64,000 nucleotides of DNA, taken from NCBI GenBank assembly GCA_963668545.1, contig OY764868.1, forward strand, positions 1,426,065 to 1,490,064, in the 5' to 3' direction. A program made the translations under genes and the position numbers. Shown here one piece after another: positions 36,286 through 47,113 of this stretch. The DNA is from Spirochaetia bacterium. GTDB taxonomy: Bacteria; Spirochaetota; Spirochaetia; CADAEX01. The notes under the pieces are model-generated. The model did no database searches, had not been told where the DNA came from, and worked only from the letters and a program-made list of their open reading frames with translations. Every line of letters starts with the position of its first letter. The stretch's first letter is position 1.

Positions 36286-38979
36286 ATGAGTTCTAAAACT
36301 ATTGATAAGATTAGTCATCTGCTTAATGAAGAAAAATGGACAAGGGCAACAATTAAAAGTTATTCAATCACAAATTTCAAGGATCTTGATGAGCTGATTG
36401 ATGAGGTAATGGATGATGAAAATCAGCAGGAAATTGTTGATATATGCGAGGAGCACCTGCATCATACAAAGAACAGTATCATAGCTCTTTATATATCCGG
36501 AATTATTTCACTTTCAAGGCACATGATTGATGATTCAAACCTGATGATTCTGATAAACATTTTTTCAGACAATCATAAATGGAATGTTGTAGAGTACCTG
36601 TGTGAAAGGATACTGGACTTCGGTGAAAACAAGTTCGCACTCAGGACACTGGCGGAATGTTATGATAATGAAAATGAAGAGGAAAAAAAATACGAGATAT
36701 GGGAAAGACTTGTAAGAATTGATTATGACGAGACAGAAATAGTAAGGCAGCTTGCTGAAAAATATGAGCAAGAGGGTAACTCCGAAAAAGCTGTTGAATA
36801 CTATAAAAAAGCGGTTCACAGATATGTAAACAAAAAACTCTTTGCAAATGTCAAGGAAATCTGGACAAAGCTTCTTGAAATCTGTCCGGATGATATTGAT
36901 TTTTATTATCACCTAAATAAGAAAATTGCAAAAAATATCAGCACTGAAAGGGCTTCACAGCTGCTTGAAGAACTGTATGAATACTATAAAGAAAGAAAAG
37001 AATGGGATACAGCCATTGATATCCTTAAAAATATTTTGTTTTTTGATACAAAGGATTCAGATACCAGAAGTGAAATTATATACTGTTTCAGACAGAAATA
37101 CAGTTATCACAGCCAGGTTGAAGAATATATCAAGGTATCAAATCTTGCACAGAAATGGAGAAATATCAACGAGGCAATTTCAGATTTTGAAAAGCATATT
37201 TCCTTTGATGCGGGAAACTTTGTATTCCACAGGTCATGGGGTATTGGACGGATCAAGTTAATTAAAGGTGATAATGTGGTTATTGATTTTATCAAAAAGC
37301 GGGACCATAAAATGTCGCTTAAAATGGCTGTAAATGCACTTACAATGCTCGGCAGGGAGCATATCTGGGTAATCAAAAGTACTACAAAGAAAGATGAACT
37401 CAGAAAAATGATAAAATCTGATATTGCCTGGACTCTCAAAACTATTATCAGAAGTTTTGACAATGCGGTTGACATGAAAAAAATCAAGTCAGAACTTGTT
37501 CCTGGTATTCTTACCCCAGGCGAATGGACAACATGGAGCAATGAGGCGCGAAAGATACTTAAAACTGACTCGGATTTCGGAAATCTTCCTGATAAAGTTG
37601 ATTTTTTCGTTGTAAGGGATACCCCTATCTCATACGAAGAAAAGACATTCAACAAGTTTAAGGCAGAAAACAACTTTTTTGCCAAAATAAAGACTTTTCA
37701 GGATTTCATGGATGAAATTTCTGTTGAATCAGATTATTTCCCTGAAATGTTTCTGTACTTTACAAACTACCTTAAATCATATTCATCTGTTAATGAATTT
37801 GTAATAAGCAGTTATCTTATCATGGAAATGGTTATCAACAGGTTCCCCCATATGAATCCCAATATGCAGATGGAATTCCGTGAATTATTTGAGGAAATAG
37901 ATGACCTGACAGGTCTGTTTCAAAAAATCAATGACAGTGAACTTAGAAAACTCTTTCTTGATAAGATCAAGAAAGAAGTTGAAACATGGCCGGAGATATT
38001 TGCTGAGCTTTTCCCTGTATTTCTCAACAGATATATAATTGATTCACTCAACAAGGCAGGAAAAAAGGAATCCATCAAAAAACTTGTTATGAAAATCCAG
38101 GAAGACTACAAGGATTACCGTGAGGCATTTATTTGGATTTACAGGAACAGTGAAGATTATCCTTTCTTTCAGAAATATTTCTATGATGAAGAAAAAGTTC
38201 TGGTCAACTTGATTCATCTGCTGGATATTACATACAGAGAGATTATAAATAAAAGAAATGTAAGCAACAACAAGAAGATCAACAGGCAGATATCAATATT
38301 CCTTTTCAAGGAAAACAGACTTGAAAACTTTCTAAAGGAAGCTGACAGGGAAACAGTAATCAGAATGATATCTCTTATTGATGATGTTCAGGGTCTTGAT
38401 CCCGCTATGGTTGTCGGTCTTAAAAAACTTGTCAAAGGGAAATATGCCGATATTGCATTTATCGGAGAAACAGAAGAAATTGAGACTTTCTCCAGGGGCG
38501 GAATCATTGTTACAGAAGATGCTCTTAACAGGAAAAAACTTGAGCTTAAGCATATACTTGAAGTTGAAATACCTCTTAACTCCAAGGAGATCGGAGCTGC
38601 AATAGAGCTCGGTGACCTCAAGGAAAATGCCGAATACAAGGCAGGAAAGGAAAAACAGGAACTTCTGAACATTTCAGTCGGAAAGCTGAAGGACGAGATT
38701 GAAAAATGCAAGGTTTTTGATCCTTCAACAGCTGATACAAAAAAAATATCGTTTGGGAATGTTGTGGAACTTAAAAACAAAGAAACCGGAAAGAAGGAAG
38801 TCTATACAATACTTGGACCCTGGGAATCTTCACCTGAAAAAAATATTATTTCATACATGGCTCCGTTCGGAAGCGCTCTTCTTAATGCGAAAACAGGGGA
38901 AGAGCTGAAATTTACTATCAATGACAGAAACTATGAGTATGAAGTAGGGAAAATAAAAATGGCTGATATATTCAAATAA
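36286..38979 (+). CDS. greA: transcription elongation factor GreA, long spirochete-type form (~900 aa)
   Basis: The C-terminal ~160 aa match GreA (LKENAEYKAGKEKQELLN...; FGNVVELKNKETGKKEVYTILGPWES). The ~740-aa N-terminal extension resembles the ~900-aa GreA known in Borrelia. Confidence 0.75.
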   Translation: MSSKTIDKISHLLNEEKWTRATIKSYSITNFKDLDELIDEVMDDENQQEIVDICEEHLHHTKNSIIALYISGIISLSRHMIDDSNLMILINIFSDNHKWNVVEYLCERILDFGENKFALRTLAECYDNENEEEKKYEIWERLVRIDYDETEIVRQLAEKYEQEGNSEKAVEYYKKAVHRYVNKKLFANVKEIWTKLLEICPDDIDFYYHLNKKIAKNISTERASQLLEELYEYYKERKEWDTAIDILKNILFFDTKDSDTRSEIIYCFRQKYSYHSQVEEYIKVSNLAQKWRNINEAISDFEKHISFDAGNFVFHRSWGIGRIKLIKGDNVVIDFIKKRDHKMSLKMAVNALTMLGREHIWVIKSTTKKDELRKMIKSDIAWTLKTIIRSFDNAVDMKKIKSELVPGILTPGEWTTWSNEARKILKTDSDFGNLPDKVDFFVVRDTPISYEEKTFNKFKAENNFFAKIKTFQDFMDEISVESDYFPEMFLYFTNYLKSYSSVNEFVISSYLIMEMVINRFPHMNPNMQMEFRELFEEIDDLTGLFQKINDSELRKLFLDKIKKEVETWPEIFAELFPVFLNRYIIDSLNKAGKKESIKKLVMKIQEDYKDYREAFIWIYRNSEDYPFFQKYFYDEEKVLVNLIHLLDITYREIINKRNVSNNKKINRQISIFLFKENRLENFLKEADRETVIRMISLIDDVQGLDPAMVVGLKKLVKGKYADIAFIGETEEIETFSRGGIIVTEDALNRKKLELKHILEVEIPLNSKEIGAAIELGDLKENAEYKAGKEKQELLNISVGKLKDEIEKCKVFDPSTADTKKISFGNVVELKNKETGKKEVYTILGPWESSPEKNIISYMAPFGSALLNAKTGEELKFTINDRNYEYEVGKIKMADIFK

Positions 38980-39002
38980 GACAGAATCCAGGTAAAAAAG
39001 AT

Positions 39003-40685
39003 ATGATAAAAAGAACAGTTGTTTTAATAATAATGATTGCAGTATGTACGTTTTCTATATCGGCAAAACCTGTGGATGTTGTCGTAATGCTTGATACATC
39101 AGAAAGTGTTCTGCCGATATATGATAAACTTGTAAATTATATAGTTAAAAATGTTTTAACAAATCATGTGAGGTTCGGAGATACTTTTCACCTGATAAGT
39201 TTTGATTCAAAGCCTGAGCTGATATATTCCAGGCAGCTTCAGAACAGCGAAGATCTTGAGAATGTAGTCGCAGACCTTTTTCTCTTAAACCCTCTGGGTA
39301 AACATACCGATTTGATAATGGCGCTAAAGTATCTGAATCAGTATGTATCATCCCTGTCAGATTCAGGAAACAGTGAAATAATTATTCTGACAGACGGGAT
39401 TCATGATCCTCCTCCGGGAAGTCCTTTCAGTGAAATTTATGAAACAGATAAAATTACAGGTGATAAAATAAACCTTCTTGAAAATGAACTTAAATCAATT
39501 ACAAGGAACGGAATGAGTGTAAGCCTTGTAAAGCTTCCTGAAAACGGTAAAACTGATACAGGATCGGAAAATAATTCAGAAACAGGCACTGCTGATTCTT
39601 TATCTACAGATCAGAAGGAAAAAAGTGATGATTCAGGATCTGATGCAAAAGCAGTTTCAGACAGCAACAATGAACTCCCGGTAATTAATGAAAAAACAGA
39701 TAACAATATTTTTTCATTTGCTGATAATGGATCATCAAAAATATATAAGACAGAATTTTTCAGCAGTCTGAAGAACGATGATTCTGCAACAGGGTCTCCA
39801 CGAATAACATATCCTGTTAAAATGGATAAAATAAAATACCATTTCAAACTTCCCCTTGATATTGAAAATTTCTACAGCAAAGCTATACTGCTTAAACTGG
39901 ACAGAGTGCTGTTCAGAGGAGAGGATATACTTGATAATGATATCAGTATCAAGCTTGAGGAAAGGGAGAATAAGAAAATATCAGTTGACCTGAAGCTGCC
40001 ACGCACTGTTGAGCCTGGTGAGTTTGATCTTTCAATAAAGCTGATATTCAATGATCAGAACCGGGCATATCCTGATACAGCTGTTATTCATGTTTACCTG
40101 AAAAAATCAGTTTCTGATTTCCTCAAGGATATAAATATTGTATTCAAGATAATTTTTCTGGTGCTTATTGCCGCGGTTCTTGTAGTATTTTTCTTTATTT
40201 TCTTCAGCTCATTTGTGCATGTTTCTGTAAGGGATTCATATAATGTTATAAAAAAGGATTTTGAGGAAATATTGAGCGATAAGGCTCTGCGTCCACTGGC
40301 CCTCAGAGTTATAGGACAGAATGACAGCAGAATAGGAAGAAGAAATATACACAGTTTTAATGACAAATCTGTGAAGACTCTCGGCGGAGGGCACTCATCC
40401 TACCTGATTTTTCTTTATAAAATACCTTCGCATATAGCTGAAATAGCTCACAGGGACGGAAAATACTGGATTTCTGTCAGGGAAAAAGATTTTTTTCCTG
40501 ATATGGAAGAGGACTCTTCTGAAATAGTATTTGAAAGAAATATAAGAATACGTACAGAAAACAATACATATGTAGAATGCTATTTTTATGAGTATATTTC
40601 ACCGCTGGAAAAAATCAATACAATAATGAAACTTACTGAACATAAGGGAATGCCTGAAAACAGGATTTCTATTTATTCCAGGTAG
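39003..40685 (+). CDS. von Willebrand factor A domain membrane protein with C-terminal FHA-like region
   Basis: 560 aa. Signal peptide, vWA with MIDAS motif DTSES, acidic linker, and TM helix (IIFLVLIAAVLVVFFFIFF). The C-terminus (GRRNIHSFNDKSVK...SSYLIF...SHIAEI...DGKYWI) is weakly FHA-like. Confidence 0.55.
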   Translation: MIKRTVVLIIMIAVCTFSISAKPVDVVVMLDTSESVLPIYDKLVNYIVKNVLTNHVRFGDTFHLISFDSKPELIYSRQLQNSEDLENVVADLFLLNPLGKHTDLIMALKYLNQYVSSLSDSGNSEIIILTDGIHDPPPGSPFSEIYETDKITGDKINLLENELKSITRNGMSVSLVKLPENGKTDTGSENNSETGTADSLSTDQKEKSDDSGSDAKAVSDSNNELPVINEKTDNNIFSFADNGSSKIYKTEFFSSLKNDDSATGSPRITYPVKMDKIKYHFKLPLDIENFYSKAILLKLDRVLFRGEDILDNDISIKLEERENKKISVDLKLPRTVEPGEFDLSIKLIFNDQNRAYPDTAVIHVYLKKSVSDFLKDINIVFKIIFLVLIAAVLVVFFFIFFSSFVHVSVRDSYNVIKKDFEEILSDKALRPLALRVIGQNDSRIGRRNIHSFNDKSVKTLGGGHSSYLIFLYKIPSHIAEIAHRDGKYWISVREKDFFPDMEEDSSEIVFERNIRIRTENNTYVECYFYEYISPLEKINTIMKLTEHKGMPENRISIYSR

Positions 40686-40697
40686 AAAGAAAAACTG

Positions 40698-42041
40698 TCA
40701 AAGTTCTTCAAGAACTGCTTTCGCATAATTCTTAAAAGATGAAGAAGAAACATTATCAGCTGTAAATGTTTCAACCTTGCTTTTCAGCGAACTGCATTTG
40801 TTTGTTTTTATCCCTTTCAGTCCGGACAGCTTGATTGTAAGTGATGGATGGTCAAGCATTCTTGAATAAAAATCCTCAAGATTATCAGATTTTTTATTAG
40901 CAAGTGTGCTGCATGCAGTTTCCAGAAGGACAGGTGTTTTTGATTCCCATTCATCTTCAAGTATCCCGCTTATAACAGTTCTTGAACCTGAAATATCGTT
41001 GTTAATAAGTTCTATAAGTGAAAGCTTTCTCAATTCAACTGAAGCTTTTTTATCAGATACTTTCTCACGGAGAAACTTCAGGGATTCAGGTGATGCTATC
41101 TCTGCAAGTGCTTTAACTGATTCTGTCCTTACAGGTTTTGCTGGATCATTAACTGCTTTATATTCAAGGTAAGGAACAAATGATTCCTTTTTCATCCCGG
41201 CAGCTGATACTGCTGCCTGTTTCCTTATCTGCCAGCTGTCATCTTTAAGTGCCTGAAGCATTATTTTTTCAGTATCATCCCTGTTGAATTTAGAGATTGC
41301 TTCAAGTGCATAGGACCTGATAAAAGGGTCGGTATCTTCATATGTCCTGAGAAGAAAAGGATATGCTTTATCATCCCCTATAAGTCCCAGAGAATGGCAT
41401 GCATACTGTTTGGAAGTTTTATCAATATAATCATCATTAAGTATATCAAGAAGAAAATCAACAGATGAACTGTCTTTAAGCTCACCGATGTTGAGCAGTA
41501 TTTCTGTTCTGACTTTGTCGCTTTCATCCTTATCATACTGTTCAATAAGTTTAGCGGTGAAATCTTTGCTGCCTGATACGGAAAGTGCTTTTACAGCTTC
41601 AATGCGGAATATTTCATCTGATGAGTCAAGAAGTGAAATAAAATCATTATTGTATTTCCCCTTCCCTGTTCTGGAGAGATATACAATTGATTTACTGACT
41701 ACATTTTTACTGTTGTATTCTTTCTCTTCAATAAATCTGTAAACAGTTTCATCTGCATCATAATACTCTGTTTCAATAAAGAGATTCAGAATATTTTCAG
41801 CTACTTTCCTGTTTTTTGTTTCTGAAAGAATTTCAGTAAGTCTTTTATTGAAGTCTGGATTTTTTTCCTCAGTAAGAGATTCAATAAGATCAAGTATTTC
41901 AGAGTTTATTCCGTAAAGAAGCTTCTCTTCCCTCTGCATTTTTAATGATTTTTCTGTTTCAATATTATTTTCCGACTGCTGTGAAAAAACAGTTTGCGGT
42001 ATTAACAGTGCAAGCAGGAATATGACATATTTGAATTGCAA
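40698..42041 (-). CDS. secreted HEAT/PBS-lyase-like repeat protein
   Basis: 447 aa. Signal peptide, then repeated A-x-x-L-G motifs (VKALSVSGS; HSLGLIGD; KALAEIAS). Confidence 0.5.
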   Translation of the reverse strand: MQFKYVIFLLALLIPQTVFSQQSENNIETEKSLKMQREEKLLYGINSEILDLIESLTEEKNPDFNKRLTEILSETKNRKVAENILNLFIETEYYDADETVYRFIEEKEYNSKNVVSKSIVYLSRTGKGKYNNDFISLLDSSDEIFRIEAVKALSVSGSKDFTAKLIEQYDKDESDKVRTEILLNIGELKDSSSVDFLLDILNDDYIDKTSKQYACHSLGLIGDDKAYPFLLRTYEDTDPFIRSYALEAISKFNRDDTEKIMLQALKDDSWQIRKQAAVSAAGMKKESFVPYLEYKAVNDPAKPVRTESVKALAEIASPESLKFLREKVSDKKASVELRKLSLIELINNDISGSRTVISGILEDEWESKTPVLLETACSTLANKKSDNLEDFYSRMLDHPSLTIKLSGLKGIKTNKCSSLKSKVETFTADNVSSSSFKNYAKAVLEEL

Positions 42042-43601
42042 TTATGATCTCCTTTTAAAAAACATAAAATCAAGTCTGAAAAGTTTATAAGATGTCAGTA
42101 TAATTATCGAAAACAATGAAGTAATTATTATAAAATATAATAAAAGAGAAAGTGAAAATCCATATTTCCACATGGAACCGAAATAACGTCCAGTTATCAG
42201 AATGAGAGCAGCTGCAGGGATAATTGAAAGTATTATCCTGATAAAATCGGAAAAAAGATGGAAAAGCCTGAAATCAGGGTAGGATTTTTTTATATCAATT
42301 ATAATGAAGACAACAATAAGAGTAAAAGATACTGAGTTTGCAACTGCAAGTCCTGTAACTCTGAGAAAGGTTTCTTTAAGCCAGAGAGACAGGGCAATAT
42401 CAAGAATTGAAACAGCAACAGCAAAATAAAAAGGCTTTTTAAAGTTATCAGCTGAATAATAAAAACGCTGGGAGAAATTAAACATGCCGATTGTGAATAG
42501 TCCAGGTGCGTATCCTTTCAGTACGAGAGCAGTGATGTATGTATTTTCACTGCTGAAAAAGCCCCTCTGCATTGCAATTGATATGATTTCGGGACCAAGC
42601 AGAAAAAGAAAAACACCGGAAGGGAGTAGTAGACACATCAGATTTCTCATCCCTGTCTCAACTGTATTCAGAAGGCTGGAAGAATCCCCCAGGGCCCTGA
42701 ATTTGCTCATTCTTGGAAACAGAACAGTTGTAATGGAAGCTGAAAAAATACCGAAAGGAAGCTGCCAGAAGACAAGTGCATAACTTAATGCGGAAGTGCT
42801 TCCTGTATCAAGACCTGAAGCAAATCTTATTGCAATCTGCTGGTTTATTGTGAAGACTGAAGCAGTTGCTGCAACAGGTCCCCAGTTTTTCATTATTTTT
42901 CTGAAATAGGGGCTTTTGAAGCTGAAATCTGGTTTCAGGTCATAACCGAGCCTGTAAAAAAGTGGTAGCTGGAAAAATATCTGGAGAAGCCCACCTGAAA
43001 GTACCCCTGCAGCCATTGAAAAAATGCCGAGTGTTTTATAGAGAGATACTATACTGATAATTACGGAAATAGAAAAAAGCAGAGGTGTAACAGCAGGAAT
43101 AAAAAAATAGCTGTTTGAATTAAGTACTGCCATCATCGCTGCGCTTATACTTATCAACAGTATGTAATTGATAAACCATCTGAAAAGTGAAACTGACAGC
43201 GCGTTGAGATATGGATCATCAAAATCAAGCAGTATTTTTGTAATAAGAAAATCTGAAAAGATTATTGATAATATACAGACAGGAACAAGAACCAGGGCCT
43301 GAAATGTAAGAATATTTCTGACAAGTCTGACAGTTGCATCACTGTTTTTTTCCTTTACAAGGGATTCCGAGAGTACAGGTATGAAGGATGTAGAAAGGGC
43401 TCCTTCAGCCATAAGCTTTCTCAGGTTGTTGGGTATTGAAAAAACTGAATTAAGAACATCTGCTTCACCTGAGGCACCGAAAAATGCCCCTATCAGTGCG
43501 ATTCTTATGAATCCGAGTATTCTTGAAAACAGAGTACATATCATTACAGCCATAGCTGAAACAGAAGTTTTCCTTGAAGATTCCGAGCTGTCAACCTGCA
43601 T
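42042..43601 (-). CDS. murJ: lipid II flippase MurJ/MviN
   Basis: 519 aa with about 14 TM helices and the MviN family N-terminus (ALSTSFIPVLSE). Confidence 0.85.
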   Translation of the reverse strand: MQVDSSESSRKTSVSAMAVMICTLFSRILGFIRIALIGAFFGASGEADVLNSVFSIPNNLRKLMAEGALSTSFIPVLSESLVKEKNSDATVRLVRNILTFQALVLVPVCILSIIFSDFLITKILLDFDDPYLNALSVSLFRWFINYILLISISAAMMAVLNSNSYFFIPAVTPLLFSISVIISIVSLYKTLGIFSMAAGVLSGGLLQIFFQLPLFYRLGYDLKPDFSFKSPYFRKIMKNWGPVAATASVFTINQQIAIRFASGLDTGSTSALSYALVFWQLPFGIFSASITTVLFPRMSKFRALGDSSSLLNTVETGMRNLMCLLLPSGVFLFLLGPEIISIAMQRGFFSSENTYITALVLKGYAPGLFTIGMFNFSQRFYYSADNFKKPFYFAVAVSILDIALSLWLKETFLRVTGLAVANSVSFTLIVVFIIIDIKKSYPDFRLFHLFSDFIRIILSIIPAAALILITGRYFGSMWKYGFSLSLLLYFIIITSLFSIIILTSYKLFRLDFMFFKRRS

Positions 43602-44706
43602 AATTATCTAAAAAATCCTTTTTAAAATCTGAAAAAGCGTCATTGTATATGCTATTTCTTATATCATCAACAAAATTCTTCATAAAGTGTATGTTATGTT
43701 CGGATGCAAGCATCGGCCCCAGTATTTCCCCGGTTTTAAAAAGATGTCTCAGAAATCCCCTTGAGTAGTTTCTGCATGCGAAACAGCTGCAGTTTTCCTC
43801 AATAGGATAAAACTGGTCCTTGAATATATCTTTTTTAAGCGAGAGTTTGCCATTTCTTGTAAAAACTGTTCCGTTACGGGCAATTCTTGTCGGATAAACA
43901 CAGTCAAACATGTCTATGCCGTTACCAACAGCCTCGAGAATATACTCAGGTGTGCCAATTCCCATTACATATCGTGGTTTTGCGGGATCAATAAGATCAG
44001 ATGTATATGACAAGTATTCACTGAACATGTCAAAAGATTCTCCGACTGACAGTCCCCCTATGGCAATTCCCGGCAGATCAAGAGTGTTTACAAAATCAGC
44101 GCTCTGTTTCCTGAGATCCTTATAGAAATTGCCCTGTACTATTCCGAACAGGTTCCCGCCCCACTCGTCCCTGCATTCATGCCACTTTGATCTGCTTTTT
44201 TCAAGCCAGCTGTGGGTTTTTTTCATGGCATTTAAAGCCTCTTTTTCAGGTATATCCGGAGGTGTACAAACATCAAGAGGCATGAGTATGTCGCTCCTGA
44301 AAAAACGCTGAAGATCGACAACTTTTTCGGGTGTGAGTGTATGATAAGAACCGTCAATATGAGACCTGAAGTATATCCCCTCATCTTTTATCTTTCTGAA
44401 AGGAGCAAGGGAAAATATCTGGAAACCGCCAGAATCTGTAAGAATGTTTCCCTTCCAGGTGCTGAAATCATGCAGACTTCCCGCTTTTTTTATTATTTCA
44501 ATACCAGGTCTCAGGTAGAGATGGTATGTATTTGAAAGTATGAGGTTTATACCGGATTCTGAAATAGTACTGTGTTTTACTGCTTTTACAGCACCGTTTG
44601 TACCGACCGGCATAAAGATGGGTGTTTCAACCCTGCCGTGAGGGAGAAAAAATTCTGTTATCCGTGCATTTGATTTGTTATCAAGCTTTAAAACTCTGAA
44701 ATTCAT
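43591..44706 (-). CDS. tgt: queuine tRNA-ribosyltransferase
   Basis: 371 aa. LTDSGGFQ motif and the Zn site CxCxxC...H (CSCFACRNYSRGFLRH). Confidence 0.9.
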   Translation of the reverse strand: MNFRVLKLDNKSNARITEFFLPHGRVETPIFMPVGTNGAVKAVKHSTISESGINLILSNTYHLYLRPGIEIIKKAGSLHDFSTWKGNILTDSGGFQIFSLAPFRKIKDEGIYFRSHIDGSYHTLTPEKVVDLQRFFRSDILMPLDVCTPPDIPEKEALNAMKKTHSWLEKSRSKWHECRDEWGGNLFGIVQGNFYKDLRKQSADFVNTLDLPGIAIGGLSVGESFDMFSEYLSYTSDLIDPAKPRYVMGIGTPEYILEAVGNGIDMFDCVYPTRIARNGTVFTRNGKLSLKKDIFKDQFYPIEENCSCFACRNYSRGFLRHLFKTGEILGPMLASEHNIHFMKNFVDDIRNSIYNDAFSDFKKDFLDNYAG

Positions 44707-44727
44707 ATCTACATCCTGTGAGTGAAA

Positions 44728-45876
44728 TTATGATTTTGCATATCTGAATAAAACTGCTGAAAGAAAAAGAAAAATCAGAAATGTTCCCCAGGCACCTGCT
44801 GCAGGTGGAATATATCCCAGTTTGGCGAAAAGAATCAATATCATCTGTATTATATAATAGCCTGAAGCAATCATAAGACTTACCAGAAGACTCATCAGAA
44901 GTATATTTTTTCTGAAACGTCCCCCGAGTGATGATGCTATCAGGGTTACTATGAGGCATGTGAGGGGAAATGAAAACCTCTTATAATATTCTGTAAGCTG
45001 TTTCCTGAAAGGGAGTCCTGCAGTTCTCAGTGATTTGAGCCATTTTCTTGCCTCTCCCTTTTTCAGTTCATCAATATTCTTGACAATTTTCCTGAAAGTT
45101 TCAGGATCAAGATCATATGACTTTCTGTCAATCTGGCTGATGATTTCAATGCTGTAGTTCTGATTTTCTTTATCCCACTTGAAAGACCTGCAGTCCATGA
45201 GGATCCAGTATCCTGCTGTACTATCCCATTTTGCCCATTTTGCATCTATTCTATCCGGGTATTGAAGATTTTCAGTTCTGTCAATCAGCATGAGAGTGGA
45301 AAGTGTTTTATTGTTGTCATTGTAATAATCAGCATTATAGATAATTTTCCTGTCAGGACTTGAAACTGTTACATTGCTGTTGCTAAGTGATTGTTTGCGT
45401 TTAAGAAGCTCTGCAGAAAGGTCAGATTTCTGTTTAAAACTGTCTATGACGAAATTTTCTTCAAAATAATAGAGAAAAATACTGAGAAACAGGGACAAAA
45501 CTATCATTGGAAAAACAAAACGGTATATCGGAACACCTGATCCGAAAACTGAAATCAGTTCATTATTGGCATATAAACTACCCAGTGTATATGAAGAGGA
45601 GAACAGAACAGATACAGGAAGTGCAAATGAAACTGATTTTGGAAGATACAGTACAGCAACTTTTAAAATCTGTGAAAGGGGGACATCATTATTGAGATAT
45701 CTCCAGAGGTTTGCAAAAATATCCAGGAGTTCAAGGATCAGAACAAAAAAGAAAAGAGAGGAAATAAGATTAATCATGAAATCTCTTATAATCATCCTGT
45801 CAAGTATTCTCATCTTGAAAACCTCAGTGTATAGAGAAATAAACCTAGAAGGCTTATAGTTATATTCGGCATCCAC
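44728..45876 (-). CDS. LptF/LptG-family LPS export permease
   Basis: 382 aa. YjgP/YjgQ topology of 3 TM, a periplasmic beta-jellyroll, and 3 TM. Confidence 0.7.
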   Translation of the reverse strand: MDAEYNYKPSRFISLYTEVFKMRILDRMIIRDFMINLISSLFFFVLILELLDIFANLWRYLNNDVPLSQILKVAVLYLPKSVSFALPVSVLFSSSYTLGSLYANNELISVFGSGVPIYRFVFPMIVLSLFLSIFLYYFEENFVIDSFKQKSDLSAELLKRKQSLSNSNVTVSSPDRKIIYNADYYNDNNKTLSTLMLIDRTENLQYPDRIDAKWAKWDSTAGYWILMDCRSFKWDKENQNYSIEIISQIDRKSYDLDPETFRKIVKNIDELKKGEARKWLKSLRTAGLPFRKQLTEYYKRFSFPLTCLIVTLIASSLGGRFRKNILLMSLLVSLMIASGYYIIQMILILFAKLGYIPPAAGAWGTFLIFLFLSAVLFRYAKS

Positions 45877-47090
45877 ATGGACAGAACAGGATTAAAATAG
45901 CTCCTGATTCCAAGAGTGTGTCCCGCAAAAAGGAGACACCAGTAAAAAACCGATAAAATAAGTCCAAGGCCGAATCCTACAGATCTTCCGCTTCTCCTTG
46001 TAAAAAGGGCTGCCGGAAGAGAGAAAACTGCAAGAAAAAAACATGAAAGAGGCAGAGAAAACTTCTTCTGGAATTCAAGTCTGTAAATCTGAAGAGGTCT
46101 GTCTTTTACAGCAGTATATTTTATATCTGTATATGCCGTTAATGCTTTTTCCATGTTTTCTGTCAGTGAGGTACGTCTGCTGTCAGGAGTATTTTCTGAA
46201 CACAGTTTATAATAGTATGAAATGAAATTCATGTAGTTGGAATCATTTGAATACTGTATTCTCTGTTTTTTCTCTTCAAGGCTTTTTTCCTTGATTCTGA
46301 TGTTCCTGTAAACATCTATTGAGCTCATTTCACGCGGGCCCGGATTTCTGATTGAAACACTTATATCGCTTAACAGAATGTTGTATATCATTTTTTCAGA
46401 AATCAGATAACTGTAATCCAGTTCTTTCTTGTCATCATTGGAATGGGTGAAAACATTGTCGAGATTAAGTGAAATCAGCCCCCTGTTGCTCCTGTCTTCC
46501 AGGAAAAAAGCCCTGTCAGCAGTAATAAAACGCCTGTTGCCGCTGCTGTCCCTGTCAATTATAATTATATCATCAATCTGCCTGTTCCTGACATTTCCGG
46601 TGACCAGGACTGTATTCTGGTATCTTTTTATTGAATAAGGTTCAAGCTCCAGCTCAGGATTTGAATATATAAGTTTTCTGTAGAGTTTTATATAGTTTAT
46701 TGTTCCGCGGGGAATAAAGTAATCATTTATAAAAAATGAAAAAGATGAAAGAAAAATGCTTAAAACTATAAAAGGGAGAAATATCTGAAGAAAACGGATA
46801 CCTGATGCCTGGAAAGCAAGTATTTCATTATCTGATGACAGCCTGCCTGCAGTCATAAGTGCTCCTACCAGAGAGGCAAAGGGAAAAGACAGTGAAACCA
46901 TTGCAGGCATGAAATATACAAGGAGAAGAAGAACATCCCTGACAGGTATTTTTTTTGAAAGAATGTGTTCAGCAAGTAAAAGTATCTGGTTCACAAAAAA
47001 TATAAAGAAAAAGAAAAAGAAACATACAATAAAAGAAAAGAGATATTCCTTTGTAATGTATTTGTAGTAAATTGGTATATTCAAATTCAT
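45810..47090 (-). CDS. LptF/LptG-family LPS export permease
   Basis: 426 aa with the same YjgP/YjgQ architecture. Paired with the neighbouring permease gene. Confidence 0.7.
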   Translation of the reverse strand: MNLNIPIYYKYITKEYLFSFIVCFFFFFFIFFVNQILLLAEHILSKKIPVRDVLLLLVYFMPAMVSLSFPFASLVGALMTAGRLSSDNEILAFQASGIRFLQIFLPFIVLSIFLSSFSFFINDYFIPRGTINYIKLYRKLIYSNPELELEPYSIKRYQNTVLVTGNVRNRQIDDIIIIDRDSSGNRRFITADRAFFLEDRSNRGLISLNLDNVFTHSNDDKKELDYSYLISEKMIYNILLSDISVSIRNPGPREMSSIDVYRNIRIKEKSLEEKKQRIQYSNDSNYMNFISYYYKLCSENTPDSRRTSLTENMEKALTAYTDIKYTAVKDRPLQIYRLEFQKKFSLPLSCFFLAVFSLPAALFTRRSGRSVGFGLGLILSVFYWCLLFAGHTLGIRSYFNPVLSMWMPNITISLLGLFLYTLRFSR

Positions 47091-47113
47091 TATTTAATTT
47101 AATAAAAGCTATA

